DNA from: a virus
Lineage: Duplodnaviria > Caudoviricetes
Direction: 5' to 3' (one strand)
Length of the DNA: 64,000 nt
Virus record (IMG/VR): IMGVR_UViG_3300021387_001709
Location: 125,812 to 189,811 of that record
A program made the position numbers and the translations under genes. Shown one piece after another: positions 1 to 9,878 of this stretch (position 1 is its first letter; every line of letters starts with the position of its first letter). Below the pieces are notes generated by a model. It had not been told where the DNA came from. It saw only the letters and a list, made by a program, of their open reading frames with translations, and ran no database searches.

Positions 1-1527
1 CAATGTATTATCTAAATCTACATCATCCGGATTACCGGTAGCTGCGTACAACAACATAGCATACGGCGATCCAACAATGACAAGATTGTCTGCATTTTGG
101 ATAAGTTTACCGCTTTTGATATTTTTAACATAGTTATAAATTATGTATTTCTTTCTGTCGCGGTAATACGAACACCGGGTAAACTCCTGATTCCATTCAC
201 ATAACGCCAAAAGTACGGCGTAGTCATTTGCGAAGTTTATATTCTTTCTTAGGTAATCATGAAATACAGCCTCGTCATTTTTTAACTGCTGAATGTAATT
301 AACTGTTTCGGCACATACAGCGTCCATTGTATCCTCGTCTAACGAATTTATAACTTGATACGACATCCTCTGATAGTTACCTAGTTTACTGGGATGAGAA
401 TACTTCACCACGCCAAACCGACACCCGTTTGACTCAACCCATTTACACCAATAATCATACGACAGATCAAACTTAATCCATTTGACGGCGTTGTTGGTAG
501 TAATTAACTCTATATCTTTAACATAATGATCATTACCCCAAATGTCCTTCACAGTATATGTGGCGTAATCCTCACCGTGTTCCTCACACCAATCTCGGAA
601 GAATTGTTTTATATTTGCATGAAACGCAGCCATCTTAGTAAAGTGATGGCGTAACAACACATATCCATTCGCCCACTCCGGAAACACTGAATCATCAATC
701 AACGCCTGACCGTCAAACAATTCGTTACTTAGTTCATATTCATCCAGCCATTTTGCATAACAATGGCGACGCTCATCAGTTTCTATAGTAACAACATCTC
801 GCGTGAAATACCGCTTGACATCATTAAGCACCAATATATTACGAGGATTAATAATTGCATAGCCAACAATCCCACTGGCAACCAGTGGAGCATAAGCAGA
901 TATCTCTACAATAGGTGCATTTGTTGCAGGCAGTTTAATCCCCATATAGAGGAAATTCCGCGCTTTATCAAACAATTCATCACGGATAAACATACAGCTA
1001 CCTTTTTTAGCTTTACCCGTGGAGCGGAAGAGCATTTTGTAATGGATGACTTCTTCCTTATATATAGTACCGTCTTTTTTCCGCGACACGTACTTTACGT
1101 CAACACCATTATTATAGTAATCACTACGAACCCGATCTTTCATCCGCCGAGTGTATTGATCCTTATTCTCGTAGGTAGCTTCGAATAATTGATTGAGTTT
1201 GGCAATTTTGTTTTTAGCCTTGGCAATCAAATATTCGTCATCTTTGACCACGGCACTCCGGTATTCGTTACGGGCAGTTTTCAGTGTTTTATATAAGTGG
1301 TCGATTTCGTCCCGGTAAGATCTAGTCTTGAAGTTAAACTCCAAACCAATCACATCCCGTGTGGCACCACTGTTGCTAACGAATAGCCCGTTCTCCATTA
1401 AGAAGTCGAGGAACAAGCTATTTACCAACATCGCCCGTTTATACTCAAAGTGATCGCGTAATCCCAAATTATACTCATAATTTGTACTGGCTTCTATATT
1501 TTTAATTTCAACTCCGTACTCGCTGAT
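1..1527 (-). CDS. YonO-like single-subunit (RdRP-related) phage RNA polymerase; C-terminus runs off the window
   Basis: Not in the ORF track. The minus frame is open from 1527 to 1 (509 codons): ISEYGVEIKNIEAST...YKMLFRSTGKAKKGSCMFI...LFDGQALID...GYVLLRHHFTK...QRMSYQVINSL...VIVGSPYAML. These motifs resemble SPbeta YonO-type RNAP. RBS GAGGGGG lies 8 nt before an ATC codon that directly follows the upstream stop. Confidence 0.75.
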   Translation of the reverse strand, partial: MSEYGVEIKNIEASTNYEYNLGLRDHFEYKRAMLVNSLFLDFLMENGLFVSNSGATRDVIGLEFNFKTRSYRDEIDHLYKTLKTARNEYRSAVVKDDEYLIAKAKNKIAKLNQLFEATYENKDQYTRRMKDRVRSDYYNNGVDVKYVSRKKDGTIYKEEVIHYKMLFRSTGKAKKGSCMFIRDELFDKARNFLYMGIKLPATNAPIVEISAYAPLVASGIVGYAIINPRNILVLNDVKRYFTRDVVTIETDERRHCYAKWLDEYELSNELFDGQALIDDSVFPEWANGYVLLRHHFTKMAAFHANIKQFFRDWCEEHGEDYATYTVKDIWGNDHYVKDIELITTNNAVKWIKFDLSYDYWCKWVESNGCRFGVVKYSHPSKLGNYQRMSYQVINSLDEDTMDAVCAETVNYIQQLKNDEAVFHDYLRKNINFANDYAVLLALCEWNQEFTRCSYYRDRKKYIIYNYVKNIKSGKLIQNADNLVIVGSPYAMLLYAATGNPDDVDLDNTL

Positions 1528-1860
1528 TTATACCGCCCCCTCAGTGGATAAACCAAATAAATAATCATACAGCTCTTCGGGCGATTTCATAGAATGCTTG
1601 ATACCGTGAGGATCGGTATATTCCTGGTTGGCTTTGCCGTGTCCGTAGTTCTTCTCCAGACAAAACGTAGTCACCGCGTCGAAGTCTGTATCTTCTGGAA
1701 TAAGTAGTTTCAGTAGCTTAAGAACCACCTCATTATTATCCGGTTCAATTAAATAACCGTCCACATTATGTTTTTTGTATAAACTGTTTTTGGCGTTCTG
1801 ATAATCATCCACCCGCGCCATTGACTCAATCGCCGCCACAAAATCTGATTTAGTTATCAA
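1528..1860 (-). CDS. hypothetical protein (paralog of 1850..2203)
   Basis: ORF with RBS; shares K..F.A.I..M / FC.E.N.G / LYDYL motifs with its neighbour. Confidence 0.7.
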   Translation of the reverse strand: MITKSDFVAAIESMARVDDYQNAKNSLYKKHNVDGYLIEPDNNEVVLKLLKLLIPEDTDFDAVTTFCLEKNYGHGKANQEYTDPHGIKHSMKSPEELYDYLFGLSTEGAV

Positions 1861-2203
1861 TAGTATCTCTCCCCTTATTTTTATCCATCATCATTATCAA
1901 ATAATCATACAAAGCTCCGGCTGTATTAAGCGGATATTCCTCTCCGTCAACAACATTCTTAAATTCGCCGCCATAATACTTACCGAAATTCAATTCAAAA
2001 CAAAACCAACTTATGACTTCCAGTTTGTCATCAAACATCGCTTCAAGAACATCCGCCAGTTTAAACACACAATTTTGCGGACACCAATCAACATAATATC
2101 CATCGGAAAATTCCCGCCCTGCTTCATTGATAGCATCATCAAAACGTATTGTTTGTTCCATAGCAGATATAGTCGCAAGAAAAGCTTCCTTATTTAATAG
2201 CAT
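1850..2203 (-). CDS. hypothetical protein (paralog of 1528..1860)
   Basis: ORF with RBS; ISWFCFELNFG...LYDYL. Confidence 0.7.
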   Translation of the reverse strand: MLLNKEAFLATISAMEQTIRFDDAINEAGREFSDGYYVDWCPQNCVFKLADVLEAMFDDKLEVISWFCFELNFGKYYGGEFKNVVDGEEYPLNTAGALYDYLIMMMDKNKGRDTIDN

Positions 2204-2216
2204 GGATAATTCCCCC

Positions 2217-2984
2217 TTACTGATTGTACTTGCGAATCATTGCGCGGACACATCCCCTTACTAAGTCAGCGCCTGAAATTTGAGGGGCAGTGTTTGGCGT
2301 CACCGGTCCGGCTATATTTTCATACACATTAGTAACTACCTTTTTCATTTCGACGTCAGTGAAATTCCCCTTGAGCTTATTACAGGTTGGGTGTACGGCG
2401 CGGAGATTGTCTATATTATTCGTACCGCCGCGAGACAATGGGATTCTATGATCGATAGAGTACTGGAATCTAGATATTGGCTTTCCGCAAATCTCGCACG
2501 TTCCACCGGACCTTCGGAATACTTCTTCTTTGATAGCTTTAGGAATAAGCACACGCTCAGACGAATCCATGCCGGAGAACGTATCAGAAGTAGGTTTCTT
2601 AACAGGGGTAGTTTTTCCCATCTGTTTTACGTGGCGAAATTTGTCATCAATAACGATTCGTAAATCTCGATCTATATAATCCAGCACAGATTCCATATGG
2701 GAATATGCTTCCTCAGCAGTCGCAAACGCTCGTGCTTTCTTGACGTCATTAACAGTAGTATCATCATTGCTCAAAAACTTCATTCTGGTAGTAACGACGT
2801 AGTCATTACCTTTGGATGAGGTTCTGGTCCTGTACCACATATAGGTATCCGGCGAACGATTGACTGCTCTCTGGGCATCCGCCATCTTCATATGAGTGGC
2901 TGCAGACGGGGTAGGGGCAAATTGCCCGATTCCCCGCAAAAACTGAATGTTATTAGCTATATAATATTTGCTCATTGTAATCAT
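2217..2984 (-). CDS. HNH endonuclease domain protein
   Basis: C-terminal CEICG...IDHRIPLSRGGTNNIDNLRAVHPTCNKLKG. Confidence 0.85.
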   Translation of the reverse strand: MITMSKYYIANNIQFLRGIGQFAPTPSAATHMKMADAQRAVNRSPDTYMWYRTRTSSKGNDYVVTTRMKFLSNDDTTVNDVKKARAFATAEEAYSHMESVLDYIDRDLRIVIDDKFRHVKQMGKTTPVKKPTSDTFSGMDSSERVLIPKAIKEEVFRRSGGTCEICGKPISRFQYSIDHRIPLSRGGTNNIDNLRAVHPTCNKLKGNFTDVEMKKVVTNVYENIAGPVTPNTAPQISGADLVRGCVRAMIRKYNQ

Positions 2985-2990
2985 CCCTCC

Positions 2991-4037
2991 TTACTTCGCC
3001 GCTGCAAGTTCCTGAAGCGCATTTACCAAGTTCGGAAATTTACTAACCGCGAACCATACGTTGCATCTATCAATGTTGAACTCATCATGAATCTGAGAAA
3101 CAATATCTGCCTCACTCATATTTGTAGCTTGCAAAATCTGGCGAAGAATTTTACGGTACTGAACTCCGGACGGACGAGAAGCACCGGTAATTTTTTTGAT
3201 CAGCGCAGAAATGTCGCCGGGACATCTGTGGGATTCTGCATAGCTTACTTTCGGCGCTTTCGCTTTAATACCTTCTACAGATTTAACATAATTCTTATAG
3301 TGAATATTATTGATACGTTTCTCCACACTAAGACGAAGAGCGTCAGAGTTCGCACACATCTTGATAATATCTGCGGTAGAATCAATCTTTTTATACTGGG
3401 AGAGAAGCTCCCCCACATCATAATGATCGACCCTTTTCATGTCAGAATAAAGAATCTCATAGAATTCATCGGTAGTTTTGCAACCGGTTTCCAGACACTT
3501 TGTGCAAGCAATCCCATCAATCCTTTTAATCCACATAGTTTTATCATTTTCATCAAAGGTGGAGTAGAATAACCCGTTAACATCTATGGGCTTATTAGCT
3601 GATGAAAATGCTTTTTCAGTTTTGGCAGCATTCACATAGATAGCCTTGGCGATAGTGTCTGAAGCGGTTTTGTTTGATTCAACAAGCTTATTAAGCGCTA
3701 ATTCCTGATGCTTCTGAGAAAAACATAAATCCTGGACGCACTTAGCGATATCAGCATTTGATTTCGCAAAGGTACTTATCCCGTCGGCAATTCTATTAAA
3801 TGCATTAGTCTGGTGTCCAAGAACAAGCATCATGTCCTGTATATTCTCCGAAAATTTTTTTAATTCAGATACTGTTGAGTTAAGAGATTTGATTGCTTCT
3901 TTTGTCTGAGTGAGTAATTCAATAACGGCATTCTTTTCCGGGACTCCCAAAATCTCGCGGAATGTAGCAAGTTCATCATGAGTAAGAGAAGAAGCAGCAG
4001 TAGTCGCCGGTGTGAAGGTGCTTTCAGTTGTGCTCAT
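2991..4037 (-). CDS. hypothetical protein with N-terminal coiled coil
   Basis: 348-aa ORF with GGAGG RBS. Confidence 0.7.
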   Translation of the reverse strand: MSTTESTFTPATTAASSLTHDELATFREILGVPEKNAVIELLTQTKEAIKSLNSTVSELKKFSENIQDMMLVLGHQTNAFNRIADGISTFAKSNADIAKCVQDLCFSQKHQELALNKLVESNKTASDTIAKAIYVNAAKTEKAFSSANKPIDVNGLFYSTFDENDKTMWIKRIDGIACTKCLETGCKTTDEFYEILYSDMKRVDHYDVGELLSQYKKIDSTADIIKMCANSDALRLSVEKRINNIHYKNYVKSVEGIKAKAPKVSYAESHRCPGDISALIKKITGASRPSGVQYRKILRQILQATNMSEADIVSQIHDEFNIDRCNVWFAVSKFPNLVNALQELAAAK

Positions 4038-4084
4038 AGTATTCCTCCAAATTTAATAAATAATTAATTACATATAGTTGTTAG

Positions 4085-5155
4085 TTACTCAACATCAATT
4101 ATAGTAGGTGCTTTAAAACGCTTAAGAACGTCCTCCGCAGCGCAAATAACTTTAGTGCAAGCGTCGATTATATGGGTGCCGCATAAATTGTCTTGATTGT
4201 TAATAATCAAATCATCATAAAGCATTGGGGCAAGAACTGTGTCTATGTAGGTCTTAGTTGCTTGCCAGAAGGTATACGCAACGTTGGCATCGCGACCCTC
4301 TGCAGATGTACTGCGACTACGTAGAATTTCAACTTCCTTTTTATAAGTAGCTAATTCGCTGCGAAGGTATTCAATTTCATTAGATGAAGCACTAGATTGA
4401 TTATAAGAATTCACAGATTCTAATGCCGCAATTTTAGATTCCATTTCTTTTATCTGAGAATTTTTTAAATTGGATTCTTCTTGTAATTTTTTTATTTTTT
4501 CTTCGGCTTGTCTTTGAGATATGTAGGTACCGTCCGTAATAAGTTCGCCAGCTAATTTTTTCTGTTGATCCTGTGGCAGCTGCCTCATAATCGCAAGAGC
4601 CGTAGTAGAGGTTATAACTCCGGTAGTAATAAGTTCCTCAATTTCGGGGATAGCATCCGCGAGTTTCTTATAATTATGATATGAAGGAATAGACATATTA
4701 TATTCTTCGGCAAGTTCCTTTTGAGTTTTTGAGGACTTATAATTATTAGAAGTCCCCGATATCTGATTATTCCCATGGTGAATTCCATAATATCCTTCAA
4801 GGAATTTCAAACACTTGCCTAACTTAATAGGATTATTATTCCCTGATACTCGCTGTTTGAGATTTGATTCGATCAAATCCTTTACGTCTTTTGGATAATC
4901 GCCCCCGAGTTCTTCGTCTGAATATGTTATACGAATATATGGAATGGAGGCAATTCCCAAAATTTCGCATGCCCGGACACGTTGATGCCCAGAGATTATC
5001 ACATTGTTATTATCTATAGTTATTGCGTTAGTAATCCCGGAAGTTTTTATAGATTGCAAAAAGTCTTCCCAGTTGTCGCCGGTGATATCATCAAAGTAGT
5101 AGCTGTTTAGTGGATGTGGTGTGAGCAAAGTAATGGGGATTAGTTCGGCGCTCAT
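4085..5155 (-). CDS. ParB N-terminal domain protein
   Basis: LTPHPLN...SIKTSGITNAITID...IISGHQRVRAC...IESNLKQR, then an HTH-like TQKELAEE. Confidence 0.85.
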   Translation of the reverse strand: MSAELIPITLLTPHPLNSYYFDDITGDNWEDFLQSIKTSGITNAITIDNNNVIISGHQRVRACEILGIASIPYIRITYSDEELGGDYPKDVKDLIESNLKQRVSGNNNPIKLGKCLKFLEGYYGIHHGNNQISGTSNNYKSSKTQKELAEEYNMSIPSYHNYKKLADAIPEIEELITTGVITSTTALAIMRQLPQDQQKKLAGELITDGTYISQRQAEEKIKKLQEESNLKNSQIKEMESKIAALESVNSYNQSSASSNEIEYLRSELATYKKEVEILRSRSTSAEGRDANVAYTFWQATKTYIDTVLAPMLYDDLIINNQDNLCGTHIIDACTKVICAAEDVLKRFKAPTIIDVE

Positions 5156-5205
5156 AATATATTCCTTCCTAATGATAATACGGAATTTAATAATTAATTA
5201 GTCGG

Positions 5206-5256
5206 TTATATTTGCTACTAATACGGCGGTGGCAGTTGATAGCGGAAAATTCTCAT
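5206..5256 (-). CDS. putative leader peptide MRIFRYQLPPPY(**QI*)
   Basis: AGGAGG RBS at 5265-5270 (minus), ATG at 5256; TAG TAG after codon 12, then TAA at 5206. Confidence 0.45.
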
Positions 5257-5294
5257 AGTTGGTACCTCCTGGCTAAAATTATCTCGGTAGGTTA

Positions 5295-5323
5295 ACTATA
5301 GCATAGCGATTTACTTATGTCAA
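5295..5323 (-). promoter_or_regulatory. sigma-A promoter (leftward)
   Basis: TTGACA-17 nt-TATAGT with extended TG; an operator-like TTATTTATTAAA lies just upstream. Confidence 0.75.
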
Positions 5324-5508
5324 GCGGATTTAATAAATAATCATAAGATAATAAACCGCCGGATGTGAAAGTGTGAAAAATCGAGGGTATTTTGGAACGA
5401 TTTGTCACATATGTGCTAAAATAAGCACAAATTCACATGAGCCAATTTATACTACCATGTCCAAAAAATTCCAAATTTAGCACATGTGTTACTGTGAGGG
5501 AACACCAC

Positions 5509-6750
5509 TTAGTTAGCGATGGCGCTAACTTCATCAATCCAGGCTATTAACAGTTCCCTCATTCGGCGACTGGGAATATAAATCCAAATTTCTTTACCGT
5601 CTCGAATTGCCGATCTCCAAATCCACTGTAGCATTTCGGAAAGTGCATAGCCGTCTTCATCAACAGTAACGCCATTCATAGTGAAGTAATTTTTAATAAA
5701 CACATTAATATACTTATTAATAGGATAAGCAATCACGTTACGATCTCTGTAGTCATTTGTTGCTCTTAAATTACTCGGGATATATCCGCGCCCATAACCT
5801 TTGCCGGAAATATACTTTTTGTAATCCTTGAAACAAGTCCATAAATTATTAGAAGTCGGCGACTTCATAATATTATGGAAGTAATTAAACATATTGTCCT
5901 TAAGTCGTTTTATAACCACATTCTCGGATTGGCAATTTCGCATATACCAACTTTTGCTTAGATCAGTGTCTAGATTGCCGATCGCATTCAGCTTGGCGTT
6001 ATCACATATATGGATGAGTGATTTATAATCGGTAGTTAATACTGTATCTTCCGGAGTAGCGGAAAATCTATAATTGCTTACATCATCTCCATTTACATAC
6101 AAATAGGAATATTCTAACTCATAATAATCATAGTAATACTTTTGGATTTGCGCTTCAAACATATAAGTGAGTATATATATTTTGTTAAACGCATTAAATG
6201 CCTGGATTGGGAATAGCCATACAACAATTTCATCATCATATTTTGCCAGACAGCCGAGATCACACAGCCTTTTTTCTTTGGAAAATTTTCCGCCGTTATA
6301 ATTTTTCTTGGACGGTTTCCAATTAAGAAGTCTGGTGGTAGGATCTACATCTACATATTTTTCTAGCAATGTAGCGGCATCGTCGGATTTTATATCATAT
6401 TTTTCCACTACGTTACTTACTTCGTCCATAATTAATGTATAGTTCTGGCTTCGGCAAATATCAATCAGCTCCTGATCAAACAAACTAAACAACGCGTGAG
6501 TGGAAGCAATATTTTTACCGCGATTCATCAACATTTTGAGGTGGCGGGTCTTGGTGCCGTATTTATCCTCCGGCATTACAAAATTTTTATCTCGGCAGCT
6601 CGGAATTATACGTTCGTTAATTTCCTGGAGATATGGAGTAATATATAGGTATCTTTCGTCATCATGGGAATTAATATAGTTTATTGCCGCCCAGGATTTA
6701 CCTCGTCCCATTATCTCATCAACAACAAATACTTCACAATTATACTTCAT
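5509..6750 (-). CDS. SF2 helicase-like protein (possible origin-binding or initiator protein)
   Basis: Walker A-like DEIMGRGKS, Walker B LIMDEV, C-terminal QWIWRSAIRDGK; lies next to iteron-like repeats. Confidence 0.7.
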   Translation of the reverse strand: MKYNCEVFVVDEIMGRGKSWAAINYINSHDDERYLYITPYLQEINERIIPSCRDKNFVMPEDKYGTKTRHLKMLMNRGKNIASTHALFSLFDQELIDICRSQNYTLIMDEVSNVVEKYDIKSDDAATLLEKYVDVDPTTRLLNWKPSKKNYNGGKFSKEKRLCDLGCLAKYDDEIVVWLFPIQAFNAFNKIYILTYMFEAQIQKYYYDYYELEYSYLYVNGDDVSNYRFSATPEDTVLTTDYKSLIHICDNAKLNAIGNLDTDLSKSWYMRNCQSENVVIKRLKDNMFNYFHNIMKSPTSNNLWTCFKDYKKYISGKGYGRGYIPSNLRATNDYRDRNVIAYPINKYINVFIKNYFTMNGVTVDEDGYALSEMLQWIWRSAIRDGKEIWIYIPSRRMRELLIAWIDEVSAIAN

Positions 6751-6763
6751 AATTTCCTCCTAA

Positions 6764-7100
6764 TAATTTTAACACCTTTTCGCGCAGAATTCATGATTTT
6801 GTAGGTTGTACCTACGGTAAAGTTAATTTTAACACCTTTTTTATACCTTTTCTTTTAAGGGGGCAGAATTTTTTTTGTAGGAAAACACTGGAAAAAAATG
6901 ATGCGAAAAACCCATTTTAACACCTTTATACCCATGTAATTTTTTATTATTGCATTTTGAACCAGTATTTATCTGGTTTAAAAGTAACACCAAAGGTGTG
7001 AATATCCCCAAAAGCAATAAACGAAATTTTTAAGTCAGTGTTTTACTGGGTTTGAAATTCAAATCCTTATAAGTGGGGTGTCAAAAAGCAATAAATAAAA
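6764..7100. repeat. iteron-like repeats; candidate replication origin
   Basis: ATTTTAACACCTTT at about 6766, 6826 and 6914; ACACC/GGTGT palindrome at 6987-6999; AAAAGCAATAAA twice; AAAACACTG/CAGTGTTTT inverted pair; AT-rich and non-coding. Confidence 0.55.
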
Positions 7101-7152
7101 AAAACAGCATAGAGATATTCCATAACTGGTAAAATGATTATTTATTAAATGG

Positions 7153-7181
7153 AGTATACCGGAAGGATTGTGTTCTGTCAA
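7153..7181 (-). promoter_or_regulatory. sigma-A promoter (leftward) flanked by two operator motifs
   Basis: TTGACA-17-TATACT on minus; TTATTTATTAAA at 7138 and TTAATTATTAAA at 7185. Confidence 0.75.
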
Positions 7182-7429
7182 TAGTTAATTATTAAATGTA
7201 AGAAGATAAAGTATGTATTCTATCGAAGATACGCTTAGCTCGGCTGATTCTAATGAAGTTTATTATTCTAGGTTGGGCCTCGCTGCAAGTTGTGTCTGCG
7301 ACGCTTCGCTGCAGTCAAACTTGCGAATATAATCTTTTTATTGATATTTAGAGATTAATTCTAAATAAAGTACGGATCTTGATTTCTCGCAATAAAGATT
7401 ATGACTAACCACTAGGTTTTCTTACGTAA

Positions 7430-7995
7430 TTAGGTACGTGGGTTTATTAGCTGAGGAATGTGGATGTGGGTGTTGATTAGCTGCGGGGATTTTGCTGGGC
7501 GGGAGGTATGGGGGTTGGTTATCCGCAATTAGGCTGTGAGCGGGCGCATACCGGGCTTTATCCGCACCACGGATGGTATTGGCGCCCCTTGTGGGGTGGT
7601 ATGGGTGAAATATTGGATCAATATATTATTTGCTGTAATGGTGGGGAGTAGAGCAGATATATTAGGTGATTGAGGTACTATCCGGATGTGGAAGGTAATG
7701 GGGGGAGATAATGTTGGAGGCAATATGGGAGGATTACCAAACTCGAGGATTTATATGTGGTCAGTTATTATATGAGGAGAAAAATAAGTGAGTAAATTAT
7801 TGGATCGGTAGTGCTGGATTTATTTTGGGGGTGTGGGGTGGGACGATATTGGGGGCGATGAGGGTTGGTGATGGGATGAATGATGGTATGTTAGAGATTT
7901 ATTGGGGTTGGATTTTTTGGGTAGTGTGTTAGTGAAGTAGCATCCCCTCTGCCAGGCGGATTTGAGCGAAAAAATGCTGAAAAATGGGGCAGTTT
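7430..7995 (+). other. G/T-rich strand-skewed non-coding tract with G-runs
   Basis: Many G3-G5 runs and few C on the + strand; no credible ORF. Confidence 0.7.
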
Positions 7996-8016
7996 TTGCC
8001 AAAAAATAACTATTTA

Positions 8017-8045
8017 TTGACAAAATCACTTGACAGTTATACCAT
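8017..8045 (+). promoter_or_regulatory. rightward early promoter
   Basis: TTGACA-17-TACCAT; further TTGACA/TTGACC at 8030, 8046 and 8091. Confidence 0.5.
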
Positions 8046-8323
8046 TTGACCATAGTCAACGGCGACTGTCGCCGGGGGCTATGCGGTACCTTGACAATAA
8101 AGCACGACGACGACGGAAACAAGCCGGACGCAAGGCGACGGCGAGTTATTCCATTTATGGTGATTCTGTGAACGCCTGGACCGTTCGACCTAGTGCGGAA
8201 TATCGTTAGTTTTCACCAGTGGTGAAGACATTAGGACTTTTTCCGGGATTAGCACCTAAAACCATTATTTAGATGTTAATCCGGGGAAAAGTCCCGGCTA
8301 TTAAAGAAAGAGAGGAAAAAGCT

Positions 8324-9016
8324 ATGTTAAAACTTAAAGCTATCGAAACAAAAGAGGGTAAAACCTACAGCGTTGAAAGAATCGGATTCATTATTCCGAA
8401 TTACATCGACTTAGACCAAGCCGATGATTTCAGAAGTGGAGTTTTTTCTGTATCCGATAATTATCTTGTTTCCGGTTTGACGCCTACTAAAAGTAAGGAC
8501 GAGTGGACAGACGAGGACAAAGAGAACGTCGAAAAAGTCCATGCAATCACAGATAGCCCATTGTATACGGATTCTAATGTAGTATTTTATGGTAGAGCGC
8601 AAAAGGCTTTTGCAATCGGTTTAAAGCATATCAGATGCACAGCTGTCCCGGAAGAGTTCGCCACAGTTTTTGACCATGCCGTCAAGTATGCTAGAAAGTA
8701 CATTAGCATTACAGAGTGGGACGACGACCGGAAAACAGAGTTCAACGACATTCGAAAAGAGTGTGTCGCAGCTTTTGATACTATCTTTGATGGATATATC
8801 AAAGATGGGTTTGCACTGAAACTTTCTAGCAAGTCGCTTAATGTGTTCTTAAACAGCATTATCACCTTTAAGAACACAACCGGAAAGAGTAAAGAGACAG
8901 CGACGACGTACAAAGTCGCCGATATCTATACGGCATTTGTTAGCTATATGCAGATGATTAACACCAACACCGGAGTATTCCGGGAGAAAAAGGTCAAGAC
9001 AATAAATGTATTTTAA
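8324..9016 (+). CDS. hypothetical early protein
   Basis: GAGG RBS before ATG 8324; followed by terminators. Confidence 0.75.
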   Translation: MLKLKAIETKEGKTYSVERIGFIIPNYIDLDQADDFRSGVFSVSDNYLVSGLTPTKSKDEWTDEDKENVEKVHAITDSPLYTDSNVVFYGRAQKAFAIGLKHIRCTAVPEEFATVFDHAVKYARKYISITEWDDDRKTEFNDIRKECVAAFDTIFDGYIKDGFALKLSSKSLNVFLNSIITFKNTTGKSKETATTYKVADIYTAFVSYMQMINTNTGVFREKKVKTINVF

Positions 9017-9018
9017 TC

Positions 9019-9055
9019 AAAAGCCCCCGGCTTTAGCCGGTCGGGGGCTTTTTTT
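9019..9055 (+). terminator. intrinsic terminator
   Basis: AAGCCCCCG...CGGGGGCTT stem followed by a T-run. Confidence 0.8.
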
Positions 9056-9066
9056 ATTGCATGAAC

Positions 9067-9110
9067 AAAGAACCGGACGCCGGGCAGGCGTTAAACCCCG
9101 GTTCTTTTTT
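9067..9110 (+). terminator. second intrinsic terminator in tandem
   Basis: AAAGAACCGG...CCGGTTCTTT stem ending in a T6 run. Confidence 0.7.
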
Positions 9111-9151
9111 GATGCAATAAAACTGTTATCAATGAGAGGAGATATAAAACC

Positions 9152-9838
9152 ATGAAACCATGTAATCAGACTCGCGACTGGAGTGTAACCATTTTCGGCG
9201 AAACGCTCCCGAGGTATGAATTTTACGGCAAGATCAACAACATTACATACCGGGCGGATTATTTCACCGGGCGCCTTTTAATCCGTGACACCAAACACAA
9301 CACCTGGAAACCGTCCACACTTGACAAGAACGCCCGTATCTATAATGCTGTGAAAGCGTACATTGTCGAAAACGGACTTCTCGGCGATCACGTCGAAATC
9401 TGCCATCATCGCCAAGCCGAGAAAAAAGAAGCGTTCTATCGCACTAAAACATTTGAACGCCGGCGTCGTGTTGAACGTGACCGGGAAATTATGGAATCCG
9501 CGCCGGTAATGCGCAAGGCGACAATCAGCGCATTTGGAGCAGCAGCGCACGATTATGACGGCAGTCGTCGCCGTGTCGCAGTTGAAACAGACCACATATT
9601 TGAACTTGGCGGATACCGTGGGATATCCGCAGACGAGCGAGATCGTGGATATGCACAGCCCTTCGAAATGGGGCAGAATACATCCGGTACAGCCGGCGAA
9701 TATACACGTTCCGGATTTGAAACCCGGGACGGAATGAAGATCGCCCAGAATAAAATCAGACCGGAGAAAAAGCCGGTCAAACGGGAAAAGTTAATAATTA
9801 GGGTAAACGGCAAAATCGTTTACCATGAGGAAAACTAA
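9152..9838 (+). CDS. hypothetical early protein
   Basis: GAGGAG RBS; 228 aa. Confidence 0.7.
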   Translation: MKPCNQTRDWSVTIFGETLPRYEFYGKINNITYRADYFTGRLLIRDTKHNTWKPSTLDKNARIYNAVKAYIVENGLLGDHVEICHHRQAEKKEAFYRTKTFERRRRVERDREIMESAPVMRKATISAFGAAAHDYDGSRRRVAVETDHIFELGGYRGISADERDRGYAQPFEMGQNTSGTAGEYTRSGFETRDGMKIAQNKIRPEKKPVKREKLIIRVNGKIVYHEEN

Positions 9839-9842
9839 TAAC

Positions 9843-9878
9843 AAGCGGTTACTCATTCCGGTGAGTAGCCGCTTTTTT
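9843..9878 (+). terminator. intrinsic terminator
   Basis: AAGCGGTTACTCA/TGAGTAGCCGCTT stem followed by a T-run. Confidence 0.8.

Noticed and set aside
763-1188. 141-aa + strand ORF
   Set aside because: Antisense shadow of the minus-strand RNA polymerase gene
7529-8122. Pro/His-rich minus-strand ORFs
   Set aside because: Artefacts of the G/T-rich tract; no RBS
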